DNA of 64,000 nucleotides from Akkermansia muciniphila (GCA_945861565.1 CAMAUY010000013.1:5441-69440); one strand, 5' to 3'. Positions 27,944 through 37,658 are shown, counted from the first letter of the stretch. The notes: generated by a model from the letters alone, not told the origin. Numbers and translations: made by a program.

Positions 27944-29557
27944 ATGCCTGTTACCGACTTCATTCGCAACAAACTCTCCCAGGTGCCTCATAAACCCGGC
28001 GTCTACCTGCACAAGGATCGCTTCGGAACGGTGATTTACGTTGGCAAGGCGCGGGATCTGCGACGCCGGGTATCGCAGTACTTTCATCCGTCCCGCCGAA
28101 TGGGCTGGGACCTAAAATTCAACGCCCTCGTGGATGCGATTCACGATTTCGACTGGCATACGGTGCGGAACGAAGCGGAGTCGCTGCTCTTGGAGGGGCG
28201 GTTGATCAAGGATTTCCAACCGAAGTTCAATATCGATTTTCGGGATGACAAACAGTTCCTGCTTTTAAAGGTGAATCTGAATGACCCCATTCCCCGATTC
28301 ACCCTGACTCGCCTGCGCAAAGACGATGGAGCTCGATACTTTGGCCCCTTTGCTCACAGCGGCTCCGTTCGCCGGGCGCTGATTCTGATGCGCCGGCGGT
28401 TTCACCTGCGGGGGTGCCGTCCATTGACGCCGACGGAGGCGGATTATAAGCATTGCCTTTACGGAAATTTGAAGCACTGCACCGCACCGTGCATCGGAAA
28501 TGTGAGCCGAGAGCAATATCTGGCTCAGGTGGCCGCTGGGATTGAGTTCCTGGCGGGCCAAACAGGTGAACTCCGTGCGGAGTTAGAGGCGGAAATGAAG
28601 CGGGCCGCGGCGGGTTTGGAGTTTGAATTAGCGGCTCGACTTCGGGACGCCTTGGAGGATTTGCATCGGACGACGGAGAAGACGGCGAAGTTTGAACGAA
28701 TCCCTTACAAACTGCCGGTGGCGATCAACCCCGAGGCCGACCTCCGCGAACTGGGGCGGGTCCTTGGTTTGCCAGGCCCGCCCGAGCGGATCGAGGGATT
28801 CGACATCTCAAACATCAGCGGAACATTCATGGTCGCGTCAATGGTCAGCTTCTGGCACGGCCGTCCGGATCGCGCCAGCTATCGGCGCTTTCGTATAAAA
28901 ACGGTCACCGCTCAGGATGATTTTGCCTGCATGGCGGAGACGGTGCGACGTCGATATTCACGTCTGCAGCGCGAGTGGGTGGGCGCTGGCACTGTCCGTA
29001 CTGCGCCGACCCCGGCGGCGGCCGGAGATCCAGGGGAGTCGGCACCGCCGTGGGTGCCACACCCGCCGGAGTTGCCCACGTTCCCCGACTTGATTCTGAT
29101 CGATGGAGGACGGGGGCAGCTCAATGCCGCCTGTGCCGAATTGAGCCGACTTGGCCTTGGGCATCTGACGGTCATCGGCCTGGCAAAAGAGAACGAGGAG
29201 ATCCATCGGCCGGGCCAGGCGGAACCGTTGCGACTTGGGCTCGATCACGCGGCGTTAAAGCTTCTGCAGCGGGTGCGAGACGAATCTCATCGGTTTGCGA
29301 ACACCTACAACGCGACGTTGCGGTTGAGAAAAATCAGCGAGAGCGTTCTGGACGAATTCAGCGGGATCGGTGAGCGCAGGAAGGCCGACATCCTCAAGCG
29401 CTTTGGCTCAGTCCACCGGTTGCGCACCGCCTCGGTGGAAGCGATTGCATCCGTGCCGGGATTTGGAGGAAAGATTGCCGCCGAGCTGAAGGCGTTTCTG
29501 GTCGCCCGGGGGCAAGACCCGGGCTTGAGCGGTGAGATGGGCCCCCGACCTCACTGA
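27944..29557 (+). CDS. uvrC: excinuclease ABC subunit C
   Basis: It has the GIY-YIG N-terminus (PGVYLHKDRFGTVIYVGKARDLRRRVSQYF), a UVR motif, an endonuclease V-like domain and a C-terminal HhH domain. Alternative GTG/ATG starts lie at 27917 and 27920. Confidence 0.93.
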   Translation: MPVTDFIRNKLSQVPHKPGVYLHKDRFGTVIYVGKARDLRRRVSQYFHPSRRMGWDLKFNALVDAIHDFDWHTVRNEAESLLLEGRLIKDFQPKFNIDFRDDKQFLLLKVNLNDPIPRFTLTRLRKDDGARYFGPFAHSGSVRRALILMRRRFHLRGCRPLTPTEADYKHCLYGNLKHCTAPCIGNVSREQYLAQVAAGIEFLAGQTGELRAELEAEMKRAAAGLEFELAARLRDALEDLHRTTEKTAKFERIPYKLPVAINPEADLRELGRVLGLPGPPERIEGFDISNISGTFMVASMVSFWHGRPDRASYRRFRIKTVTAQDDFACMAETVRRRYSRLQREWVGAGTVRTAPTPAAAGDPGESAPPWVPHPPELPTFPDLILIDGGRGQLNAACAELSRLGLGHLTVIGLAKENEEIHRPGQAEPLRLGLDHAALKLLQRVRDESHRFANTYNATLRLRKISESVLDEFSGIGERRKADILKRFGSVHRLRTASVEAIASVPGFGGKIAAELKAFLVARGQDPGLSGEMGPRPH

Positions 29558-30699
29558 ACCTGGGCGCGCCAGAAGCGGGTCGTTGCGGTTGAGGCTGGAA
29601 ACTCCAACGTGATCGGCTCGACCCCAAGCGTGGCTGTCCGTACCCCTTGCCAGATTGAGGTCAGCATGTCGGCCTGTTGTACGAGTACGTTCTGGCCGGC
29701 AGTTCCAGTCAGGGTCAAACGGGTAACTCCGTTGCCAGCGACGGAAAGAGAGAGGACGGGACCCTTGACTGCCGGGACGGTCCCGTCCACTGGATCGCTC
29801 AAGTCGGGCAATCCGTCCTTGTCGCTGTCATTGCCGTCATGAATCTCAAGCACCCAAAGATCATACTCATTCTCGAACGAGGTGGTCGGGTCGCCATCGG
29901 CAAAGAAAAAACTCCCAAAATAATTCGTCAACTGGCCTCCACGGAGCAACGTCAATGGATCCTCCGCCCCGAGTTCATAGGAACCGAGGACGCTGAAATT
30001 AAGATCGCCCGGACCTTGCCATTGGCTGGGCGCGAAGCTGAGCTCATTTTCGTCGATTTGCGCGAGATGGAACGGGCCCTGGAACTTGCCGGCGGCCCCC
30101 GCCCGTTCGAGATCCACCGAGGCGAAAAGATTGGTGCCGGCATTCGTGTAGGTGAGTGCCCCGTGATACTCAAAAATCTCGAAGCTGTGGGTAAAAGTTC
30201 CCAGCGAACCCAGTCCATTGACATTGACCTGAATCTTAACGGTTCCCGTGGTGGATTCGGCGGGCCGGCTCCAGACGGCGGACACCGTTCCCTGAGTGAT
30301 CTCCATCCCATCGTCGAGACTAAACGTTCCGCTCGTCTTCACCGAAGTGAGTTCCAGGGACACATCGAAAAAGTCTGGGAGACCGTTCAAGTCGAGATCG
30401 CCGGGGTCCGGGACTGCGATATCGAGTGGGGCCCTAAGAGGCTCCAGGAAACTGGGTGCGTCGAGGATCAGCAAAGTGTTGTAGAGCGAGGGGCCAGTCC
30501 CGGAAACGGCCAATTCGCTGTTGATCCGATTTGGATCGACGGAGAACGAGAGAGTGGAAGTCTGGCCCAACTGCTTGAATGTGCCGGGCGATACTTTGAC
30601 GCTGGTGCAGTATAACCACGTTTCCGCGGTCTTGGCCGCCAGGCGCAGAGGTAGGAGACTAAGAGCGCAAAGGATCCAGACGATTCCGCAGGACTTCAT
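29551..30699 (-). CDS. secreted hypothetical protein with Asp-rich calcium-binding-like motifs
   Basis: It has the signal peptide MKSCGIVWILCALSLLPLRLAAKT, the motifs DPGDLDLNGLPDFFD and DGNDSDKDGLPDLSDP, and a beta-rich C-terminal domain. The ATG at 30699 is preferred. Its 3' end overlaps the uvrC stop by 7 nt in convergent orientation. Confidence 0.6.
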   Translation of the reverse strand: MKSCGIVWILCALSLLPLRLAAKTAETWLYCTSVKVSPGTFKQLGQTSTLSFSVDPNRINSELAVSGTGPSLYNTLLILDAPSFLEPLRAPLDIAVPDPGDLDLNGLPDFFDVSLELTSVKTSGTFSLDDGMEITQGTVSAVWSRPAESTTGTVKIQVNVNGLGSLGTFTHSFEIFEYHGALTYTNAGTNLFASVDLERAGAAGKFQGPFHLAQIDENELSFAPSQWQGPGDLNFSVLGSYELGAEDPLTLLRGGQLTNYFGSFFFADGDPTTSFENEYDLWVLEIHDGNDSDKDGLPDLSDPVDGTVPAVKGPVLSLSVAGNGVTRLTLTGTAGQNVLVQQADMLTSIWQGVRTATLGVEPITLEFPASTATTRFWRAQVQ

Positions 30700-30887
30700 T
30701 TTTTCACAATGCGTGAGGTGACACAGACCTGCAAGGGGCAGTTTTGGAACGGGCGCCGATGGGGACGGGTCGGGCGTGTGTGGGGTGATAGCTCGTTGCA
30801 TCGCGCATTTTTCGGTACGATCCTCCCGCAAGGAAATAGTACACCGCACCACTTGACGGGGTGGCGGCGGCTCCCGAGTTTTGACCG

Positions 30888-31400
30888 ATGCCGATTTACG
30901 AATTTGCGTGCCCGAAGTGCCGTCGGATTTTCAGTTTCTTGGCGCGGCGAATCAATCCATCCAAGTCCCCGCGGTGTCCCCAGTGCGGCTCTGCGCGGCT
31001 GATTCGTGAAGTGAGTCAGTTTGCGATGATTCGAGGGGTGGCGGAATCGAGCGTTGCGTCGGATGCTCCCGAGGAGGGGCCGGGAATGCCGGCTCTGGAT
31101 GATCCGAGGGTGATGCGTGCGATGTCCGAGATTGAGCAGGGCATGGATAAAATGGACGAAAACAACCCGCGGCACATGGCGATGTTGTTGCGCAAGATGC
31201 AGGCGGTAATGCCGGCGGGCGCTGTGCCGAAGGATTTTGATGTGGCGATCCGGCGGCTGGAGGCGGGGGAGGATCCGGAGAAAATCGAGGCAGACATGGG
31301 CGACGTGCTGGCTCAATGGATGGGGGGAGAGGAAAAAGAAAACGGGGAAGTCGGGGGGGGCGGAGGCTGGTCGCGGGACAGTGGATTGTACGATTACTAG
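30888..31400 (+). CDS. FmdB-family zinc-ribbon protein
   Basis: It has MPIYEFACPKCRRIF...PRCPQCGS (the CxxC...CxxC FmdB signature) and an acidic C-terminal tail. Confidence 0.75.
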   Translation: MPIYEFACPKCRRIFSFLARRINPSKSPRCPQCGSARLIREVSQFAMIRGVAESSVASDAPEEGPGMPALDDPRVMRAMSEIEQGMDKMDENNPRHMAMLLRKMQAVMPAGAVPKDFDVAIRRLEAGEDPEKIEADMGDVLAQWMGGEEKENGEVGGGGGWSRDSGLYDY

Positions 31401-31456
31401 GATCGGAAATGATTGTCCCGCCGTCCACGGCGGTGGCAAGTTGGCCCCTACAAAAC

Positions 31457-32896
31457 ATGGAATATGAAGCCGTAATTGGGATTGAAACCCACGTCCAGCT
31501 CAAGACTCGATCCAAGCTTTGGTGTGGTTGCGCGAATGAATTTGGCGCTTCTCCGAACACGAATGTTTGCCCTGTTTGTTTGGGTCTCCCCGGAGTGTTG
31601 CCGGTGGCCAATGACGAGGCCTTGCGTCTGACAGTGCTCACGGGGCTGATCCTGAATTCGAAGATTCCCACTTACGCCAAGTTTGATCGGAAGAATTATT
31701 TCTATCCGGATTCGGCAAAAAACTACCAAGTAACGCAGTACGACCGACCCTCGACCGAGGGGGGGTGGTTGGAATTTGAATTCGAAGGGCCGGGCTCGTG
31801 TAATGGATTGGTGCGGGTGAAGATTACCCGAGCTCATCTCGAAGAGGACGTCGGGAAGAATGTTCATTTTGATCGGTTCAGCGGCGTGGACTTTAACCGG
31901 GCGGGAGTCCCGCTTCTTGAAATCGTATCGGAGCCAGACCTAACCGGTTCGGCGATGGCTTATGCCTATCTGACCGCCCTGACCGCAGCCCTGGTGCGAG
32001 GAGGCGTGAGCGATTGCGACATGGAAAAGGGAATGGTCCGTTGTGACGTCAACGTGAGTGTGCGGCCGAAGGGGTCGCAGACGCTGGGGGCAAAGGTCGA
32101 GATCAAGAACATGAACTCCTTCAGCGGAGTTCGACGGGCATTGGACTATGAGATTCCGCGGCAGATGGCCGCGGTTGCGGCGGGCGTCACAATTGCTCAG
32201 GAAACGCGCCGGTGGGATGAACTTGCGGGAGTCACGGAGACCATGCGGAGCAAGGAGGATGCTCACGACTATCGCTATTTTCCGGAGCCGGACTTGATGC
32301 CGTTCGCGCCGGTCGACACGTGGCTGGAGTCGGTTCGGTCCCGGTTGGTGGAGATGCCGCTCGCAAAAAAAAGGCGACTGATCCGGGAGTATGGACTTCC
32401 GGGGGGGGATGCGGAAGTGCTGACCAATGACTGGCCGCTGGCTGATTATTTCGAACAGGCGGCTCGAGGCGCGAAGAACCCCAAGGCCGTGGCCAATTGG
32501 GTTATCAACAGTCTTCGTGCCCGGTTGGGACAAAGCGGCAGCGGACTAGCAGATGTGCGATTTCCCATTTCGGCGATAGGCGAACTGGTCGAACTGGTCG
32601 ACTTGGGAAAGATCAGCTTGAGAATTGCGCAGGAAGTCTTCGAAGAGATGTTTGAGCGGGGTGACTCGCCGCGGTCCATTGTTGAGCAGAAAGGGTTGCT
32701 TCAGGTCAGCGACAGCGGCGCGATTGAAGCGTTCTGTCGAGAGGTGATCGGAGGGAACCGGAAAAGCGCCGAGGATTTTCGAGCGGGCAAGCCCGCTGCC
32801 CTTAATTTTTTGAAGGGGCAAGTGATGAAATTGAGCAAGGGTAAGGCAAATCCGGCCATGGTGGGGGCGATGCTGGAGCGCTTGCTCCGGGGTTGA
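31457..32896 (+). CDS. gatB: Asp-tRNA(Asn)/Glu-tRNA(Gln) amidotransferase subunit B
   Basis: It has MEYEAVIGIETHVQLKT, CPVCLGLPGVLP and a C-terminal GatB/YqeY domain. The ATG at 31457 is preferred over 31316. Confidence 0.95.
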   Translation: MEYEAVIGIETHVQLKTRSKLWCGCANEFGASPNTNVCPVCLGLPGVLPVANDEALRLTVLTGLILNSKIPTYAKFDRKNYFYPDSAKNYQVTQYDRPSTEGGWLEFEFEGPGSCNGLVRVKITRAHLEEDVGKNVHFDRFSGVDFNRAGVPLLEIVSEPDLTGSAMAYAYLTALTAALVRGGVSDCDMEKGMVRCDVNVSVRPKGSQTLGAKVEIKNMNSFSGVRRALDYEIPRQMAAVAAGVTIAQETRRWDELAGVTETMRSKEDAHDYRYFPEPDLMPFAPVDTWLESVRSRLVEMPLAKKRRLIREYGLPGGDAEVLTNDWPLADYFEQAARGAKNPKAVANWVINSLRARLGQSGSGLADVRFPISAIGELVELVDLGKISLRIAQEVFEEMFERGDSPRSIVEQKGLLQVSDSGAIEAFCREVIGGNRKSAEDFRAGKPAALNFLKGQVMKLSKGKANPAMVGAMLERLLRG

Positions 32897-33081
32897 ACAG
32901 GGGTTCCATGGGCGTCTTTCCTGGAGATTTGGTCTAGTTCAGGGGAAAATCAGGGATATTCATGACATCCGAACTCGGTGAACACGAGCACCTCGCAACT
33001 GAAAATTATCCGATTGACTCGGACTTGCCTCCTCAATAGGTTGGCGGTGTTCTAAATCGAAATTTTCTCATTCGCTTAATC

Positions 33082-33789
33082 ATGAAGACGCTTGGCATCT
33101 CGACAAAAATAGCCGCCATCAGCGCTTTGATCGGGCTTTCCACCTCTCTCCTAATTGCTGCTCCGCAAACCGGTTCCGCGAAGGTAACATCGATCAAGGG
33201 TTCCGCCACGGTTGATGGCGAGGCTGCGAAGGTCAATCAGGTGGCAAAGGCTGGTACGCAGCTGACGACAGGGGTGGATTCCTATCTCGACCTGTATTTG
33301 GGGGGCAATGGGCCGACGGTACGACTCCAACCCGATTCGCGCCTTTCGTTGGACGACCTGACCTACGATGACGCGGGCGCCGAGCCTGTGATTAGCACAA
33401 AATTGGGTCTCAAAGCGGGCAAGGTAGCAGGCTTCGTCAAGAAGACCTCCGACCAGTCCAATTACATCGTTGAAACTCCAAATGCTACGGTTTCGATCCG
33501 AGGCGGGGTGAAGTACCTGATTGCTGTGGATGGATCTGTCTACATTTGGGAAGGCTGCGTGATCTGTTCCTTCCGGGGCATCAATTACAATGTGTGCGCC
33601 GGTCAGGCGTTCGATCCGGGTATCCCCGGCGTGGTTGATAACCCGATTGGCAAATGGCCTGGACCGCTGGGGTTGACGGAATTCGACACCGTTCAACAAA
33701 AGGCCAAGCCTGTAACTTCACTTTCTCCGATTGCCCCCGTTGGGTCCCGGACGCTAAACCGAGATAGTCTCGGTCGCATCTTGAAGTGA
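33082..33789 (+). CDS. FecR-domain-like secreted protein
   Basis: A signal peptide is followed by KVTSIKGSATVDGEAAKVNQVAKAGTQLTTGVDSYLDLYLG..VRLQPDSRLSL, which is typical of FecR sensor-like domains. Confidence 0.55.
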   Translation: MKTLGISTKIAAISALIGLSTSLLIAAPQTGSAKVTSIKGSATVDGEAAKVNQVAKAGTQLTTGVDSYLDLYLGGNGPTVRLQPDSRLSLDDLTYDDAGAEPVISTKLGLKAGKVAGFVKKTSDQSNYIVETPNATVSIRGGVKYLIAVDGSVYIWEGCVICSFRGINYNVCAGQAFDPGIPGVVDNPIGKWPGPLGLTEFDTVQQKAKPVTSLSPIAPVGSRTLNRDSLGRILK

Positions 33790-33833
33790 TGTCATCGGAT
33801 CACGGCCTTCCGAGGACCGCCTAGTTTTCCAAG

Positions 33834-33865
33834 CCCGGGGCAACGAATGTTGCCCTGGGTTTTTT
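33834..33865 (+). terminator. intrinsic terminator
   Basis: The sequence CCCGGGGCAAC-GAAT-GTTGCCCTGGG is followed by TTTTTT, 45 nt after the stop codon at 33789. Confidence 0.7.
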
Positions 33866-34255
33866 GTTAGTGACGAAGGCTGATCAGAGATCGCGAATGC
33901 TGGCGGTTCTCTCGGCGGCACTCGGAACTGTTGTCATAGCTTGCTGGCAACTCTCCGAACGCTCCGCCCATCGTGGGGGGGTACGCCGCCCCGGGCGGGG
34001 GGCGGATCTCTTTCAGAGCTTTGACCCTAGCCGGTGCCTCGGAGCGGATCCCCTAAGCTTTCCTAACCAATACCCCCGTCTTCCTCACCGCGGTGTCCAA
34101 ATAACCACCAGCCTTCAAAGTCAGGTTTGCGGTCGAAAATCCGCGGATCTTGCATCTTGGGGTGGCGTTTGCCGCCGTGCGGAAGATCAAGATCGACCTT
34201 GGACAGGCGATGCGAGTTTGGCAGACGTTAAATGCTGTGATGCCCCTGGGCAGCG

Positions 34256-34882
<627 letters not shown>

Positions 34883-35093
34883 GGTAGTATTGGATGAATT
34901 CGAATATAAGGGCATCGTTAGTCCGGCGCGGCTCGCGCGACGGCTGCGCTGACACTAGCCGACGTTCCGAGAGTCTCAAGTCTTCGTGATTTCAACGGAT
35001 GCCCTGTTTCGCAGGTTCAGATCGGTCCTGCCAAGGAAACCGTGTTTCCGCGGAGCCTTTCGGGTGTACTCTCCCGTGATCGACGGTATTCGT

Positions 35094-36053
35094 ATGGCAC
35101 GTGATATTTTGATTGTCGGCGGCGGAGTGATCGGTCTTTGCACCGCCTATTACTGTGCGCGGCGCGGTGACCGTGTTACCCTACTTGACCGAAATTTGGA
35201 GGAACGGGACGGTTTGCTCGTTCTTTGCCACTCACAGCACACGCTCGAAGAGGAATCCAACACGGCTCAACAGGCCCTCCAATTGGGCCTTCCAGCCCAG
35301 GTTTTCGACGCCCGACAGACGGCCTCGATGGATCCGGGTGTCCGGATGGATGTGGCGGGGTCCGTCTATTTCCCGATGGATTGTCACCTGGCTCCCCAGC
35401 GCTTCATTGCCGGATTACAGCGGCAGTTGAACGCTCTTGGGGCGCGCTTTCTGTGGAACACCCGCGTCGTGGATTGGAGGGTTTCAAACCGCCGGATTGT
35501 GGCGGTTGTCACCAATCAAGGCGATTTTTCGGCCGACGAATATGTTCTGTGCGGCGGGGCATGGTCACCGGAAATTGCCGCTTCGCTTGGGTTGTCACTT
35601 CCCATGCAGGCGGGCAAGGAATACAGCCTCACTTTGACGCGACCTCGTCAGATGCCGCGGTTTTGTGCAATTCTTAGCGAAGCCCGCGTGGCTGTCACAC
35701 CGATTGGATCCAGCCTGCGCTTCGCGGGGACAATGGAAATGGCGGGAATGAACGAAGAAATCAACCCTGTTCGGGTGCAGGGAATCATGAAGGCGGTGGT
35801 GAAGTATTATCCGGACTTTGGGCCCGGGGATTTTGCAGGCATTCAACCCTGGTGCGGCCTTCGGCCCTGTTCACCCGACGGGCTGCCGTATTTGGGGCGT
35901 TTCAAGAACTATGACAATCTTTCCACTGCGACGGGTGATTCAATGATGGGGGTGAGTTTGGGGCCGGTTACCGGAAGGCTGATGGCCCAGTTGTTGGCGC
36001 ACGACGAACCGGAAATTGACGTGGGACTGATGGCCCCCGATCGCTTTGCGTAA
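35094..36053 (+). CDS. FAD-dependent oxidoreductase (DAO/DadA-like), apparently shortened
   Basis: It has the Rossmann motif DILIVGGGVIGLCTAYY, followed by the later DAO-family segments (YFPMDCHLAP, LPMQAGKEYSLTL, WCGLRPCSPDGLPYLG). About 90-100 residues usually found after the first beta-alpha-beta unit appear to be missing. Confidence 0.65.
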   Translation: MARDILIVGGGVIGLCTAYYCARRGDRVTLLDRNLEERDGLLVLCHSQHTLEEESNTAQQALQLGLPAQVFDARQTASMDPGVRMDVAGSVYFPMDCHLAPQRFIAGLQRQLNALGARFLWNTRVVDWRVSNRRIVAVVTNQGDFSADEYVLCGGAWSPEIAASLGLSLPMQAGKEYSLTLTRPRQMPRFCAILSEARVAVTPIGSSLRFAGTMEMAGMNEEINPVRVQGIMKAVVKYYPDFGPGDFAGIQPWCGLRPCSPDGLPYLGRFKNYDNLSTATGDSMMGVSLGPVTGRLMAQLLAHDEPEIDVGLMAPDRFA

Positions 36054-36063
36054 GCGCCGCCGA

Positions 36064-36954
36064 TTATCCAGAATTGCTACGTAGTGGCACCACGTGAGCC
36101 CAACCCGCGTCCCCGAACCGGGAGCGGAATGACGCAGCGGCATTTCTGGCCCCGGATTCGTTGGCAAAGAGAGCGAAGGTGGTGGAGCCGCTCCCGGACA
36201 TCAGGCTGCCAACGGCATCGTTTTCTCGCAGATGATTCTGGTAGAGCTGGAGAATCGGGTATTTTTCGAGAGCGGGTGCCTCCAGTGAGTTGTAAAGGGC
36301 AGCGCCTGCGGCCGCGAGGTCTCCGAACCTCAGGGCATCGACCACCGCCGCCGCCCGACCGGGTTTGCCATGCAGTGCCGCTGGATGACGCGCCAACTGC
36401 TGGTATGCCCAGGCGGTCGAAATTCCGAACCCCGGATGAAACAAGAACAAAAAGCAGTTTTCTAGAACTAGGAATCGCTGGATTGGCGCGATCTGCTCAC
36501 CCCGGCCAACGGCAACGGCGGGGAAGGGTTGCAGGAAAAAATTCACATCGGAGCCAAGGCTGGCGGCGAGGGAGTCCAGTTGACTGGGCGACAGCGGATG
36601 CCCAAACACCTCGTTGAGGCCAAGGAGGGTGTGAGCGGCATTCCCGCTGCCACCGCCGAGTCCGGCGGCCAGTGGGATCTGCTTGTCGAGGTGGATGGCA
36701 ATACCGTCCGGGATCCCCGCGAGGTCGAGGAAACGCCGGGCCGCGCGGTGGACGAGGTTTGATTCATCCACGGGAAGATCGGGATGACTGCAGCTGAGGT
36801 GGACACCGCTAGTACGCGGGTCAAACGTCAGTTCGTCGCACCAAGGTACCGGCAGCAGCAGGGTCTCGAGTTCATGAAATCCATCCGCTCGACGGCCGAG
36901 TATGTTCAGGACGAGGTTGATCTTGCAGGGGGAAGATCGCCGATGGCAGGGCAT
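36064..36954 (-). CDS. ispE: 4-(cytidine 5'-diphospho)-2-C-methyl-D-erythritol kinase
   Basis: It has KINLVLNILGRRADGFHELETLL and GHMP kinase motif 2 (PLAAGLGGGSGNAA). Confidence 0.92.
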   Translation of the reverse strand: MPCHRRSSPCKINLVLNILGRRADGFHELETLLLPVPWCDELTFDPRTSGVHLSCSHPDLPVDESNLVHRAARRFLDLAGIPDGIAIHLDKQIPLAAGLGGGSGNAAHTLLGLNEVFGHPLSPSQLDSLAASLGSDVNFFLQPFPAVAVGRGEQIAPIQRFLVLENCFLFLFHPGFGISTAWAYQQLARHPAALHGKPGRAAAVVDALRFGDLAAAGAALYNSLEAPALEKYPILQLYQNHLRENDAVGSLMSGSGSTTFALFANESGARNAAASFRSRFGDAGWAHVVPLRSNSG

Positions 36955-36957
36955 GGC

Positions 36958-36989
36958 AAAAAAAACGCGCCAACCGTTGAGTTGGCGCG
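36958..36989 (-). terminator. intrinsic terminator between the TIGR04073-like gene and ispE
   Basis: Read on the minus strand, the sequence is CGCGCCAA-CTCAACGG-TTGGCGCG followed by TTTTTTTT. Confidence 0.6.
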
Positions 36990-37010
36990 GGCAGGAAAGT
37001 TAGACGCGGG

Positions 37011-37436
37011 TCACTCAAATACTTTGAAGCGGCTGCCTGGGAACATGGAGCCGGTTTCCCCGCCGCTGAAAGAGAGCGAGTGGTCGGTGTTCATCAGCGG
37101 GCCATCTCCGATCCCCGGCTTGTAACTGTCCGGATACACCGGATGTTCCGATTTGAAATAGGACTTCGTCGGGATAGGGAAGGTAAGAACTTCGAAAGCA
37201 CCGACTGCGGTCCGGGCAACCGATCGGTTAAACCCGTTCACAAGTCCGCGCGTCCGGCCCGATGCGGGCCCGTAGGCGAGCGTATGCTGCTCGACCGAGC
37301 GGCTCATCTCGCCCAGTCGAGCGAACTCGGTAAAATTATTTATGCCGCGGCCAAATTTGCGTTCGGCCTCGGCGCAACCGGTGAGGCCGACGGCCAAACC
37401 GGCAAGAAGAGAAAGCTGGATCCAGTCTTTGCACAT
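37011..37436 (-). CDS. exosortase-system-associated protein, TIGR04073-like lipoprotein
   Basis: It has a lipobox-like N-terminus (LAVGLTGC), then KFGRGINNFTEF..., and ARTAVGAFEVLTFPIP. This matches the family pattern as I remember it. Confidence 0.6.
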   Translation of the reverse strand: MCKDWIQLSLLAGLAVGLTGCAEAERKFGRGINNFTEFARLGEMSRSVEQHTLAYGPASGRTRGLVNGFNRSVARTAVGAFEVLTFPIPTKSYFKSEHPVYPDSYKPGIGDGPLMNTDHSLSFSGGETGSMFPGSRFKVFE

Positions 37437-37624
37437 AACGATTTCGGATTGACGTCGGTGAGACTATCCGGGTCCGCTGGACTGTAAAGGGAGAATTTTC
37501 TCAAACGCATCCCCAGGGTATGAGACAAAAATCTGAAAAGATTCAGTTTTCAGCCTTTTTTCTTGATGAATTTTGACCAGGCCCTCTGCCGGGATATTCC
37601 AGTAATCCACTTAACCGGAGTTTG

Positions 37625-37658
37625 GAACCGCGGATGAACGCCGACAAACGCTGATTCC
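37625..37658. repeat. second copy of the CGGAT-type repeat arm
   Basis: GAACCGCGGATGAACGCCGACAAACGCTGATTCC matches 27782-27815 (GAACCACGGATAAACGCCGATAGACGCTGATTCC) at 30 of 34 positions. Confidence 0.6.

Noticed and set aside
27598-27972. A 124-aa minus-strand ORF in the aroC-uvrC spacer
   Set aside because: It is composed largely of translated repeat arms (DEHGLTRI, NQRLSAFIRG). It has no start context or family resemblance and overlaps the uvrC 5' end.
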